From Lama guanicoe (Eukaryota), in contig MU053482.1 in the NCBI GenBank assembly GCA_013239625.1, forward strand, positions 1-64,000: 64,000 nucleotides of DNA, written 5' to 3'. The notes under the pieces were generated by a model. The model searched no databases, was not told the origin of the DNA, and worked only from the letters and a program-made list of their open reading frames with translations. Of this stretch, positions 26,804 through 39,116 are shown piece by piece. The position numbers were made by a program, and so were the translations under genes. Each line of letters begins with the position of its first letter. Positions within the stretch are counted from its first letter, which is position 1.

Positions 26804-27807
26804 ATGTGTCATTACAACTGTACTAGACTGACTCCAGCATTATTCATATTGAATGGCGTGCCTGGGCTACAAGGTGCACATATCTGGATCTCCCTCCCAT
26901 TTTGCTCCATGTACCTTGTCACTGTACTGGGGAACTGTGGGCTCCTCTATCTCATTCATCTGGAGGCATCCTTACACTGGCCCATGTATTATTTCTTGGC
27001 CTTACTCTCTTTCACTGACATTGTTCAGTGTACAAGTATTGTACCCAAAATGTTGAGTATTTTCTGGTTTGATCACAAAGAGATCAGCTTCAACGCTTGC
27101 CTGGTGCAGATGTTCTTTCTCCACATGTTCACAGGGATGGAGTCTGGGGTGCTCATGTTGATGGCCCTGGACCGCTATGTGGCCATCTGCTACCCTCTGC
27201 ACTATACCACTGTCCTCACCAATTCTATCATTGCCAAGGCTGGGTTTCTCACCTTCATTTGAGGTGTGATACTCATCATTCCCTTTACATTGCTTACCAA
27301 ACACCTGCCTTACTGTAACGGTAATATAATTCCCAACACCTACTGTGACCACATGTCTGTAGCCAAGTTGTCCTGTGGAAATATCAAGGTCAATGTTATC
27401 TATGGTCTGATGGTTGCTCTCTTGATTGGAGGCTTTGACATCCTGTGCATCACAATCTCCTACACCATGATCCTCCGGGCAGTGGTCAGCCTCTCATCAG
27501 CAGAGGCTCGGCAGAAGGCCTTCAGCACCTGCACTGCCCACATCTGTGCTATTGTCATCACCTATGTCCCAGCCTTCTTCACCTTTTTCACCCACCGATT
27601 TGGGGGCCATATGATCCCAATAGCATTCACATTTTTGTGGCTAATCTATATCTGCTTCTGCCACCCACCCTGAATCCTATTATCTACGGGATAAAGACTA
27701 AGCAAATACAGGACAGAATATTCAAACTCTTTTTTAGCAAAAAACCACTGAAGAAACAGATAAAAGTAAATCCCAACATAACGAGAGGAAAATATTTTCA
27801 TAGATGA
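26804..27807 (+). pseudogene. OR52N-subfamily olfactory receptor pseudogene
   Basis: ATG 26804; in-frame TGA at 27260-27262 where paralogues have the TM4 Arg (TFI*GVILIIPF vs TFLRGVILIIPF); 1-bp deletion in ccc 27616-27618, after which homology (SIHIFVANLYLLLPPTLNPIIYG) continues in another frame. Acceptor ttcttttcAG at 26756-26757; candidate donor CTG|GTAAGT at 24616. Confidence 0.93.
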
Positions 27808-28234
27808 AGAGAACATGTGTACCAGACAGTGTATATGTGATTTGACAGTGTCTAACTATTTTCCTCTTGGGGTGTTAATGGATCATTCCTGTACTTTTCT
27901 AGGACCTTGTATATAAACTTGAAAACCTTGCTTTACGAAGACCCATATACCAAATATCTTTATCCCGATTCTAGGAATCCCCTAAATCTTATCTGATCTG
28001 AGGATTAAGTTCAAAAATTCGAGATCTAGTAATCTGAATGTAGTTCTTTTTACCCTGAGGATCAATAAAGTTGTTTATAAAAAAGAAGAAATAAATAAAT
28101 AGCACAAAAATAAATAACATCATCTTCTCATTACTAAATGGGAATGAATGTAAAATAATAAACTCCCACCTTTTAAAATAATGTTTTATCTATTTCATTA
28201 TGTTTATTTTACGTTCAACTATTTTAACAGTTTA

Positions 28235-28392
28235 TAGTTGCTAGTCCACAGAATGGCCAGCAAAGACCTCATCTTCTCAATTCTCACAGTCTTGCAGTCA
28301 GTCCCCTCCCAAATTGTTCCACAGCCAGTCTGTGTGACCACAGAAGTGTTGGTATATATCATCTGAGATTAAATTATAAGAAGATACTATGC

Positions 28393-28425
<33 letters not shown>

Positions 28426-28730
28426 CGCGCGTGTCTCTGAGCTCACTCAGTTTTAGAAAAACCATGTCATGTGCACACCAATGGAGAAACTCACTGAGAA
28501 AAAAACTGAAGCTTCCTACTAACAGCCACATGAGTGAGCTTGAAAGTACATCATCCAGTCTCAGTGGTGTCTTCAGAGACTGCAGGCAGGATCAATAGCT
28601 GAGCTGCAACCTCATGAGAAACTCTGAGCTACAACCACCTAGTTAAGCCTGTCTCAGATTCCAGACCCCAGACAATATGTGAAATTTTTTAAAATGTTGT
28701 TTTAAGCTGCTAAAAATCCTGGGGTTATTC
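28235..28730 (+). mobile_element. MaLR LTR (MLT1-like) containing a (CT)n(GT)n microsatellite at about 28393-28436
   Basis: tgcaacctcatgagaaactctgagctacaaccacctagttaagcc...tgttgttttaagctgctaa resembles the MLT1 3' half. Confidence 0.75.
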
Positions 28731-28769
28731 AACTGTATTTTTTTTTTTTACTATTTTTAAAAAGACACC

Positions 28770-29070
28770 ATAGTGCCCATAGTTAACAATACTGTGCTGC
28801 ATACTTGGACATTTGCTAAGAGGGTAGATCTTACATTGTGTTTTAATTAGAAAGAAGGAAGGAAGAAAAGAAGGAACAAAAGAGAGAAAGACAGGGAGAG
28901 AAAGGAAGGGCAAAAGGAAACTTTTGGACATGATAGATTTATTTATTGCATTGATTGTTGTGATGGCTTCATGGGTGTATATTTATCCCTAAACTCATCA
29001 AGTCATACACATTAAGTATGTACAGCTTTTAATGTCAATCATACTTCAATAGAGAGGACAAAAAAAGAAG
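28770..29070 (+). mobile_element. Old LINE-1 3' end
   Basis: atttgctaagagggtagatctta...gtcaatcatacttcaataga plus A-rich tail. Confidence 0.65.
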
Positions 29071-30109
29071 ATAATATCTCCACTAATTAAAAAGAAATCA
29101 TAACAGAGGAGTTTATAAAGTATACTTACTACCACCAACTTTCGTTCTTCTCTTCCCAGAAGAAATGTCTGATACCTTTTCCTTTTGACTCCTTCTGGAG
29201 CCAGTTTATGCATGTCACCTCATTTCTTTTGAAAGCTACATAGCATCACACTATACTGGTATACAATAATTAAATTTAAGGAACATTCAGTTGATTATCA
29301 TCTACATTATTTCTAATCTTTAAAATAAAATATAATCATTAATGTTCAAGAGGTTAACTTCTTGTCAAATAAACATGAAAATAAAATTTTTTCAGCAGAG
29401 ACATTAGCACCAAGTACAGAACTTGCTGAATAGTAGAAGAAAAATTCACTATAAAACCATCACTGTTTTGTTCACTAGAACAAGTCTTAGAACAGTTGCT
29501 AAATAACTATTTGTTAGATGGATGGATGAATAACTGCTAGACCACAAAATGCTAATCAACATTCATAAACTAGAAAGCCACATAGGTAAAATTAAAAGAA
29601 GTTCTAGAGGAATTTGTCTGCATAATAGATAATACAGATACGGTGGGCTATTAAACAAGTTTGAGATCAACGATCAAGGAGTGAGTTAAAAGTAAAGATT
29701 AATTTGAAGAATGCTCTCCATGCAGACCTCCTGGAAATATAGTTGGCCTCTAACACATCTTCATGGACATGGTCACTATTGAGTGCTCAAGCTGGTGAAT
29801 AATTGGCAGTACCCTGATGTGGTGGATCAGGGCACTTGTCAGTCGTATTATAATCAACAACCACAAGGCTTGGCTGCAAGCCCTTGGGTCATGCCAGGGA
29901 AATGTCTGATATTCATCTCCTGACTACTGAGAGGCAGCAATGGGTGATGGCCAAGTCTCTTACACAATGCACAGTGGTATTAGCATTATTTGGACTCTTG
30001 CCCCCTAATCACTCTAATCATTATTCCCTCAAGTAATAAATGTGAGATGCTGGAAGACTTTAGAAGCTAATTTTCTAGCCCACTGTAGATAGTCTTAGAT
30101 CCCTATGCA

Positions 30110-30420
30110 TCCCAAGGGACTGGTGATTTAATAAAATTTGCAGTTCCCAGCCCAAGGGTCAGGGTTCAAATCTCCTCATTGATGGTATAGTTGGTCATCT
30201 GAACAAAAATGACATGGAGCTTAGACACCATGAGAAGGAATGTCTGAGTTTTGAATTCTGACATGGCAGAATAAGCCTGCTACCTCCAGTCACAATGATG
30301 TTGGACCCCAGGGGGGAGGAAATGCTGGCTCTCTCCATGTGAGTCCAGAATGCAATATATAATAGAAGACCTAAAAACCTACTACCACTCCAATGTGTAT
30401 GGAATTCCACTAATTAGCAC
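30110..30420. promoter_or_regulatory. Cluster of O/E(EBF)-type sites and a homeodomain motif upstream of the OR at 32138
   Basis: TCCCAAGGGA 30110-30119, CCCAAGGG 30151-30158, CCCCAGGGGG 30306-30315, TAATTA 30411; candidate donor AAG|GTAGGT at 31077; acceptor tttacttttcAG at 32112-32113. Confidence 0.35.
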
Positions 30421-32137
30421 AATTCTCGAAGAGTTGGCATGTACACTGTCTGACCATTTCCACTTATTTAACCCAGAGTAGGAATATCTCCGAAGGCTTT
30501 GGAATCCTGCTCACTGCTGTTCCATGCCACATTTACATGCCATGACATTAGCATTATTTTTATATTATTTCTCCAGGCTATATCATACATTTATAATTAT
30601 ATTATCTTGCTTCAGTTATTGTAAATCAAAGTCATCATCCTTTAAGAGTTTAACGTTGCTAGACCAAAAGTAAATCTCGTGGATAGAGTCTGTGAGGATG
30701 GGCAGAGTGGACACTGATAATGAAGGTGGTAACCACAGAGCTCATTGTTCAGAAACAGAGTCACAGGAGCATTAACTATTTTCTTCCAGGAAGAGGGATT
30801 AATGGTTCTGCGGGAGACAGGCTGGAGGTTGGAAGCCAATTGCAGCACAAGTATAACCTTCCCTTTGTCAGCATGACAAATATATAGTCAGAAGAGGAGA
30901 TATTGCTGTAGTCTGATCCTAAAAGGATGATGGACATGCCCAAGACAGGTGGTGCTGCCCAAGGCTGGGCTCTGGGAGTAAGGCACCAGAAATGAGGGAC
31001 AGGAGGTCTGAGAAATAGTGACAAACAAGAAACCCCTGAAATAGGACTGGAGCTGTGAGGAACAGAGAAGCACAAGGTAGGTGTTGTTTGAATGTTTTTG
31101 ATATGATAAAGTCTCCCACTTTGTTTCTTCTTAATTTCATTCTTCTTAAAGGCATAGATCAAACTTGGTATTTTTTAATGTAGTATATTCTGGGTTTTTT
31201 TTCCCTATCCAGAATTTTTATTTAGAGTCAATTTCCACAGAGACTTCAATAGAAAGCTTGAGAACATTCTTGGAAGTAAATACTTTCTTGGTCTGTCCAT
31301 CTTATCTGAGTCTCACTTAACTGAGGTGTTCAGAGAACCTCCCAAGCAGAGGTACCCCTAGCTCCAACTTACCACACCAACCATATATCACAAAAGAAGA
31401 AAAATAAATTAAGGTGGAAGAGTTCAATTTCTTCGTTACTTTCTCAAAAATCTGTTTCTTGATTCCCAAGAGACAGGGTTACTGACTCTGCTGAAGCCCT
31501 TGGTTCATAGCCTTATTAGAGAACAATTGACACCACATTCAGTTTACATTCCACAGAGCTAAGAGTATTGTTTCTAGAATTCAGATTGATGTGTCATCCC
31601 ATGTCAAAGAGATTTAATGTTCATTACTAACATTAAGCTAAATCATCTCCATACAGCAATCATGTATCCACCTATATGTCACTTGGTTAGAGAGGATTTC
31701 CCTCATGGTAAATTTAAAATGACATCAGCTTCATCATCTACTTTTCATGTTTCATTTTGCTTTAAAGCATTTGTTTATCTTATATCTACCTGATACATAT
31801 ATATGTACATGGTATCTATACATGCATATGTATACACACATATACATAAACATATTTGTTATTTATTTGGTTACTGTCTATCTCATTCCTGAAATAATAT
31901 TACGAAATCAAAGACTGATTTGTTTCTACACTTAGCAAAAAATCTTTAAAGTTTCTGAAGATGTGAATGAACCCATACTTTAAAAGACAGTATATCCTTA
32001 GTGTATACTCTCCTTCAAAATTTCCTCCTGATTCCTGCTCCAAATTTATTGTATTCTTTTACTTGATGTGGTTTAGACTTTTTAAATTGTTTTATAATTT
32101 GTTTACTTTTCAGTGATTCCCAAAGAACAGAGAGAGG

Positions 32138-33076
32138 ATGTTCCCCTCAAATGTCACCAAGTTCCACCCTCTGTCTTTCCTGCTGCTGGGAGTCCCAGGC
32201 CTAGAAAAAATGCACATTTGGATCGGATTTCCCTTTTTTTCCGCATATTTGATTGCCCTCGTGGGGAACAACATTATTCTGTTTGTGATCAAGAGTGAAC
32301 ACAGTCTTCATCAGCCTATGTTTTACTTCTTGGCTATGTTAGCCTTCATTGACCTGGGTCTGTCCACATCCACAATCCCCAAGATGTTGAGCATATTCTG
32401 GTTTAATTTAAGGGAAATTAGCTTTGGGGGTTGTGTCACCCACATGTTCTTCATTCATATATTCACTGCTATGGAGACTGTCGTATTGGTTGCCATGGCC
32501 TTTGATCGCTACGTTGCCATCTGCAACCCTCTGCGGTACAGTCTGATTCTCACCAGCAGAACTATTGGCCTCATCCTCATTGTGGTGTTTGGTGTTAATT
32601 TCATTTTGGTTGTCCCTCTGGTGTTTCTTATCTTGAGGCTTCCCTTCTGTGGACACCATATAATCCCCCACACATACTGTGAGCACATGGGAATCACTCG
32701 GCTGGCTTGTGCCAATATAAAGGTAAATGTAGTATTTGGATTGATTCTTATATCAATGGTACTTGTTGATGTGGTTCTGATTGTCATCTCCTATGTGAGA
32801 ATACTCCGGGCTGTCTTCTGCCTTCCTTCTCAGGATGCCAGACGCAAAGCACTCAATACCTGTGGCTCCCATATCTGTGTTATTTTAGCCTTCTTCATGC
32901 CAGCTTTTTTCTCCTTCATGACCCACCGGTTTGGCAGGAATGTCCCCGTATACATTCACATTCTCCTGGCCAATCTATATGTTGTTGTTCCACCTGCCCT
33001 TAATCCCATCGTCTATGGAGTGAGGACTAAGCAGATTCGGGAGAGAGTTTCGAGAATCCTTTTGAGAAAAGGCTGA
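32138..33076 (+). CDS. Olfactory receptor family 52 subfamily E, intact, 312 aa
   Basis: NVT sequon, [63 protein letters not shown]. Confidence 0.95.
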   Translation: MFPSNVTKFHPLSFLLLGVPGLEKMHIWIGFPFFSAYLIALVGNNIILFVIKSEHSLHQPMFYFLAMLAFIDLGLSTSTIPKMLSIFWFNLREISFGGCVTHMFFIHIFTAMETVVLVAMAFDRYVAICNPLRYSLILTSRTIGLILIVVFGVNFILVVPLVFLILRLPFCGHHIIPHTYCEHMGITRLACANIKVNVVFGLILISMVLVDVVLIVISYVRILRAVFCLPSQDARRKALNTCGSHICVILAFFMPAFFSFMTHRFGRNVPVYIHILLANLYVVVPPALNPIVYGVRTKQIRERVSRILLRKG

Positions 33077-33459
33077 TATAAACTATCTCAGAGATATTCA
33101 TTTCATTTGAGGTAAAAGAGGTTATGTTTCTCAACTGTAGAATCTTGGAGCAGAAAAAACACTTTGACCTTAGTATTATTTAGTATTATTTCATTCAAAA
33201 TGAAATGTGACTAATACCCACAGAGCTCCAAGGCTAATGCCTATAGAGATGCCGAGGGCCTTTTGAACGGTCCCAATTCTAGGGTAGTGGTCTAGAATAT
33301 AGATTGTTCCACTGGGGGGTGCAGTATTTATTTCGTGAGATTGCTAGAGATTGGTCCACCAAATTAGTGCTGGCAAGCTGATCTGAGGGTGACTCAAATT
33401 GTTTATGTAGTCAGAGGGCCCACAAAAAATCATTTGTCTTAGTACCTACATACCTTAAG

Positions 33460-34800
33460 GGCAGCCCAGAACGTTTGTAACTACTGTTTAGATCAAAACA
33501 GGTGGCACTGCCAACAACTCAGAAGAGGTTTTCATGCCACTGGCAGTCAATAACTTTCAGAGCTCATCATTTTTTCATATGGAATGCTATAGATTAGACA
33601 TGCTTCGGTTTTAATATTAATTAAATCACGTAATATGCATCCTTTGTAATGGCTTATTTTACTTAAAATTATACCTGTGAGACTCATTCATGTGATTGTG
33701 TAGAGATGTAATGTGTTACTTTTATTGTTGTACAGTATTTCATTTCATGAGCGTATGAAATTTAATTATCTATTCTGGATGGACATTTGGGTTTTATCTT
33801 CTTTTGGGCTATTTTAAATAAAGTTGTTATGAATATATTTCTCTACATGTTGTTTGGGAGACGTTTGCAGTCAGTTATAACGTCTAAGAATACGATTGCT
33901 GGGGAATGGGAAGGTATGTTTTTGTACTAGTAGAAAGTTCCAGCTTTCCAAAATTATACATTGTTTTATATTCTCACCAGTTATGTATAAGCCAATCGCT
34001 GCACATCCTCACTAGCACTGTAAGTTTTATACGTGTGGGAGTGTATATGTGTATTTGTATTTGTTGTCATTATGTGGGATATGGGATGCTATTGTGCTGT
34101 GGCTCTAATATCCATTTCCCTTATCATTGATGGTGTCATAAAGACTACAGCTATTGGTCATTTAGATATCCTCTTTAGCAGAACACTTTTTAAAATTGGT
34201 GCCCATTTTTATAGACAACTTTTTCCAATGAAGTTGTCAAAGTTCTTTTTATAGTCTGTGTATGAGTCCTTCCTTGGATATATATTCTGCAATAACTTTT
34301 CCCACTATATGAATTGACTTTTTTTAACCTTTTACATGGGGTCTTTTGAGGAATTCAAGTTGTCATGTTCAATGAATTCCAATTTATTAACATTTTTCAA
34401 TAAAGTTATTACTCTTTATGTCCTATTGAAGAAATTGCTGCCAAACTCAATAACATAAAGATATTCTCTTATGTCACCTTCAAGATTATTTATTATTTTA
34501 CCTTTACATTTAGGTCTATGGTCCATCTAGAATTGATTTTTGTTTCTGATGTGAAATAAGGATCAAGTCTTCTACATCAATATTCCAGTTAATCCAGAGC
34601 CATTTATTGAAAAGTCCATCTTTTCCACACTGCACTCATGACACTTTTGTTGTAAATCAGATATTAGTATATAGATGGGTCTGTTTCTTGAGTTGCTCAT
34701 CTACTTTTCTATCCATGTGCCAATACTACACTACCCGAATTACCATAATTTACCATAATACTGGTATCTGGTGATAATCCAAATTACCATAATACTGGTA
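33460..34800 (-). mobile_element. Old LINE-1 (L1ME-like) fragment
   Basis: Degenerate antisense L1 text (ggacatttggg..., tttaggtctatggtccatctagaattgattttt, catttattgaaaagtccatc). Confidence 0.7.
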
Positions 34801-36019
34801 ACTGGTAGGGCCACACCTCATATTCAGGGTTCAGATCAAAACAGATGAAGATTTCAGATTCTGGGCCACATCACAGATAAGTAGGTCCAACAAAGCAGCA
34901 AAACAAAGTGATCAGTGGGAAAAAAAAATCTGAAATCCTTCTGGATTTTTTTTGCCAGACGTTATCACATCTACCGAAGGTGCCTGAAGGGGACTTGAGA
35001 AAGAAGAAATTAGGAAAAGAGAAAGAGCAGACAGTGGTTTAAATTCCCTACTGCCTGATTTGGGGTCTAATTCTTGCTGTTCTGGTAGTTCTCCAAGGTG
35101 GAAACTTGGTCCCCAATTTTGTTCCACAACCCCACCATTTGGAATTGATGAAACTTCACTTCTCCTTCCATGAGGTCTGAACATTTTGCTTACAATTTAT
35201 ATGACATGATACATCCGTGGCTTTCTCCATCACTTTGTCATTTTACTACAACCAAGTGCCTTCAACATTCAACAATTTTTATGAATCTTTGCAGGAGGCC
35301 AACTCCATCTTCTGGGCAGCCAGCCTGCAGAGAATCAGCCATTTTAATTCTACCCTCCTACCCATAACATACTGGGGAGATTTCTCAAGCTTCCCTAAGG
35401 ATCTCTATTTAGAATTCATAATGCAACCAAATTGTCCTTTATCTCCTTTATAGTTTTCAATCTGTACCACATATTTTATATACTAGCACTCAGTCATCCA
35501 TCCACCCATCAATTTAAATACCACTGTTAAGTGTGTCAGGCAGTGTCTGGGACCAGAACAGCTGATTGCCCTACCCTTGCGGACTGCTTGTTATAGAGCA
35601 GGGCCCGTGCTAGGTGCTGAAATCCCTGTACTTGGCCACTCTCAAATGTCCACTTAATGACATGAAATTACCTCCTCGAAGCGGAATGCCTTTTTATTTT
35701 ATCATTTTTTATTATTAAAGGCTAGACATAACTTAGAAAACTAGTGATTGGTAAAGGATTTAATAATATATTGTATGTCAATAAAACATAATGATAAATA
35801 GCTGTCAAACCATACAGAAATATGCTTAAATAACTCCAGGTGAAATAAACAAAACTAGTATTAGAGCTGATCTCCGTAAAGAGGAACCAGAGAAACAGAA
35901 GTCTGTGAGGCGAGGGGATTTTTTTTTTACTGTTTTTTAATAAATACTATATTCACTATATTTTTACTATATATACGAGTATATAATACTCTTCAGTAAG
36001 CACTTATGAAAATGATACT

Positions 36020-37190
36020 TCCACATGCAAATAATAATAATCTAGATAGACCCTACACACCTCACAAAAATTAACTAAAATGGATCACAAACCTAAATGT
36101 AAAATACAAAAGTATAAAACTCCTAGAAGATAACATAGGAGAAAATCAAGATGACCTTGGATATGGTAATGACTTTCAGAATCAACGCCCAAGACACAAT
36201 CCATAAAAGAATTGATAAGCTGGACTTTTATTAAAATTAAAAACTTCTGTTTGCAAAAGACCAATGCCAAGGTAATGTGAAGACAAGCAATAGACTAAAG
36301 ACACATCTGATAAAGGACTGTTAACCACAGTATACAAAGAACTCTTAACACTCAACAATAAATTGAAACAATCCAATTAAAAAATAAGCAAAAAACCTGA
36401 ATAGGCACCCCATCAAAGAAGACATAAAGATGTCAAATAAGCCTATGAAAAGATGTTCCATATCACATATTATCAGGGAAATGCAAATAAAACAACAGTG
36501 AATTACCGCTACACACCTATTAAAATACCAAAACCCAGAACACTAACAATACAAATGCTGGAAAGGATGTGAAGCACTAGGAACTCTCATTCACTGCGGG
36601 TGGGAATATAAAATGGTACAGTCACTTTGGAAGACAACTGGTAGTTCCTTACAAAACTAGGCATACTTTGACCATATGATCCAACAATCAGTCTTATTGG
36701 TATTTATCCAAAGAAGTAGAAAACTTAAGCCCATACAAAAACCTGCAAACAGATGTTTATAAGTGGTTTATTCATAATTGTCAAAATTTGGAAGCAACTG
36801 AGATGAACTTTAGTAGATGAATGATGAATAGATAAATACACTGTGGTACATCAAGACAATGGAATATTATTTAGCACTAAAAAGAAATTAGCTATTAGGC
36901 CATGAAAAGACCTGGAGCAAACTTAAACATAGTTTCATTTTGCATTTCCCTAATGACCAGTGATGGTGAGCATCTTTTCATGTGCTTATTGACCATTCAT
37001 ATATCTTTTTGTGAAATAGCTATTAAAATTTTAACTTTTTTTAATTGAGTTTTTGTATCTTTTTTATTTCTGACCTATAAAAGTTCTTCATACAGTCTGC
37101 ATGCAAATCCATTGTCTGATGTATGTGTTGCAAGTATTTTCTATCAGTCTAGGGTTTGCATTTTTTTTCTCAGCAGTATATTGTGAAAAG
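36020..37190. mobile_element. LINE-1 fragments (plus 36020-36930; minus 36930-37190)
   Basis: Sense L1 ORF2 3' sequence (aaaattaactaaaatggatcac..., aaactcctagaagataacataggagaaaatc) followed by an antisense piece (tttcattttgcatttccctaatgacc). Confidence 0.8.
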
Positions 37191-37200
37191 AAATTATATA

Positions 37201-37295
37201 TATCTGTGTGTGTGTGTGTGTGATATGTGTGTGTCTTTTGTTTAATTTAGGCCTTCAACTGATTAGATGAGGCCTAGCCATAATATGGAAGTCCC
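37201..37295 (+). repeat. (TG)n microsatellite followed by an MLT2-like LTR fragment
   Basis: tgtgtgtg...; ggccttcaactgattagatgaggcctagccataatatggaag resembles MLT2. Confidence 0.6.
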
Positions 37296-38174
37296 AGTTT
37301 TGGCTCTGCAACCAGTAAGGTTTAAAAGACTCTCAGTAAATATGTACCTTGGCTTGGGTGAAACAAAGGTGCCTCTGCACATTTTTTGGTCGCTCACAAC
37401 AAAGATGAATTTCATCATGTGCAGTTGAGAAAGTACCCCAGGAGTTGTACCTAAATATTTTCGATCTCTATGTTCACTTGCTTTGTCTGTTTCTTCCTTT
37501 TACTTTAATTATCTTACTTTAATTATTAAGTAATTCCTGTACTTTAATTATCTTGACCTTACTTAAAGCCTAAAATGAGTATATCCTGTAAAGTTTCATG
37601 GATCCTATAAGCTATTTGACTTCTATGTAATTGCTGCAGTTGCTATTGCAAAACTTATAAAAATGGAGCACAAAATGATGCCTATGTTGTTTTATCCTTT
37701 TCTTCCCCATGGCTACAGGATTAAGGGAGCCATGGGGTAAAAAAAGTCTGTACTCCATTTCTTTGATTAGTACTCCCCTGGAACCCACACTCTGAAGGCC
37801 TTTCTAGTTAGACCCAGGTTATGATAGTTCTTGGCAGCATAGCACTCCTCTACCAACATCAATGAATTCTTCATAGACAATTTAATATCCACTTGAGCTG
37901 CATTAAGACTTTATCCTCAAATTCTGATTTTAATATCTGTTACAGAAATAAATGACATCTATTTATTTAACAGGAAAATTTAAATTTAGTCTAAGGACAA
38001 ATATTTCCTATGTAAATTTATCTCCTATTTGATATTGAATATAAATGAGAAAACACTGTGTTTAATATCATATTCTGTAAAGCATTTGCCCCATCAAAGC
38101 TTAAGGATGCTTCACCTTTTAAAAGACAGAAAATAAAAAAGGTTTGAACACTCTTTCTAAATTAATGTTCAGAG

Positions 38175-39116
38175 TCAAACTTCTTTGAAAAACAAGATAG
38201 TCACCACTCGATCTCGGATCTGCTTGGTCCTTACCCCATAAATAATGGGATTAAGAGCAGGGGGAATGATCACATACAAATTAGCCAGGAGGATGTGTAT
38301 ATAACGTGGAATATTGTGGCCAAATCGATGAGTCATAAAGGAGAAAAAGGCTGGAGTGAAGAAAGCTAAGATGACACACACATGGGAACCACAGGTATTG
38401 AGAGATTTGAGCCTGGCCTCCCAGGATGGGAGTCTGAAGACAGCATGTAGAATCTTCACATAGGAGATAGCAATCAAAACAACATCCAAAAGTATCATTG
38501 AGATAAGGATTAATCCAAATAATACATTGACCTTTATGCTGACACAGGCCAGACGGGCAATGCCCATGTGCTCACAGTAGGTATGCGGTATAATATTATG
38601 TTCACAGAATGAAAGCCTTAGGAGGAGGAATATAAGTGGAAAAACCAGAACAAAATTTTTCAACATTCCTACTTCAGCAATAATACAGATAGTTCTGTTG
38701 GTGAGGACTGTGTTGTATCGAAGAGGGTGGCAAATGGCAACATAGCGATCAAAAGCCATGGCTACAAGCAAGAATGTCTCAAAGCCTGTAAATAGGTGTA
38801 TGAAGAACATCTGAGCTAAGCATCCCCCAAAGGAAATCTCACTGAGGCCAAACCAGAAGATGCCCAGTGTTTTGGGGATGGTGGCTGTGGACAGGCCCAG
38901 GTCACTGAGAGCCAGCATGGCCAATAAGTAGAACATGGGCTGGTGGAGGCTGTGCTCAGTCTGGATGACAAAGAAGATGGTGACATTCCCAAGCAAGGCA
39001 ATCAGATACACTGTACCAAATGGAAAGCCAAGCCAGAGCTGCATATTTTCCAGTCCTGGAATTCCCAACAGCAAGAAGGACGAGGGATGAATACATGAGG
39101 TATTGGCTGAAGACAT
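38175..39116 (-). CDS. Olfactory receptor family 52 subfamily E, intact, 313 aa
   Basis: NTS sequon, [63 protein letters not shown]. Confidence 0.95.
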   Translation of the reverse strand: MSSANTSCIHPSSFLLLGIPGLENMQLWLGFPFGTVYLIALLGNVTIFFVIQTEHSLHQPMFYLLAMLALSDLGLSTATIPKTLGIFWFGLSEISFGGCLAQMFFIHLFTGFETFLLVAMAFDRYVAICHPLRYNTVLTNRTICIIAEVGMLKNFVLVFPLIFLLLRLSFCEHNIIPHTYCEHMGIARLACVSIKVNVLFGLILISMILLDVVLIAISYVKILHAVFRLPSWEARLKSLNTCGSHVCVILAFFTPAFFSFMTHRFGHNIPRYIHILLANLYVIIPPALNPIIYGVRTKQIRDRVVTILFFKEV

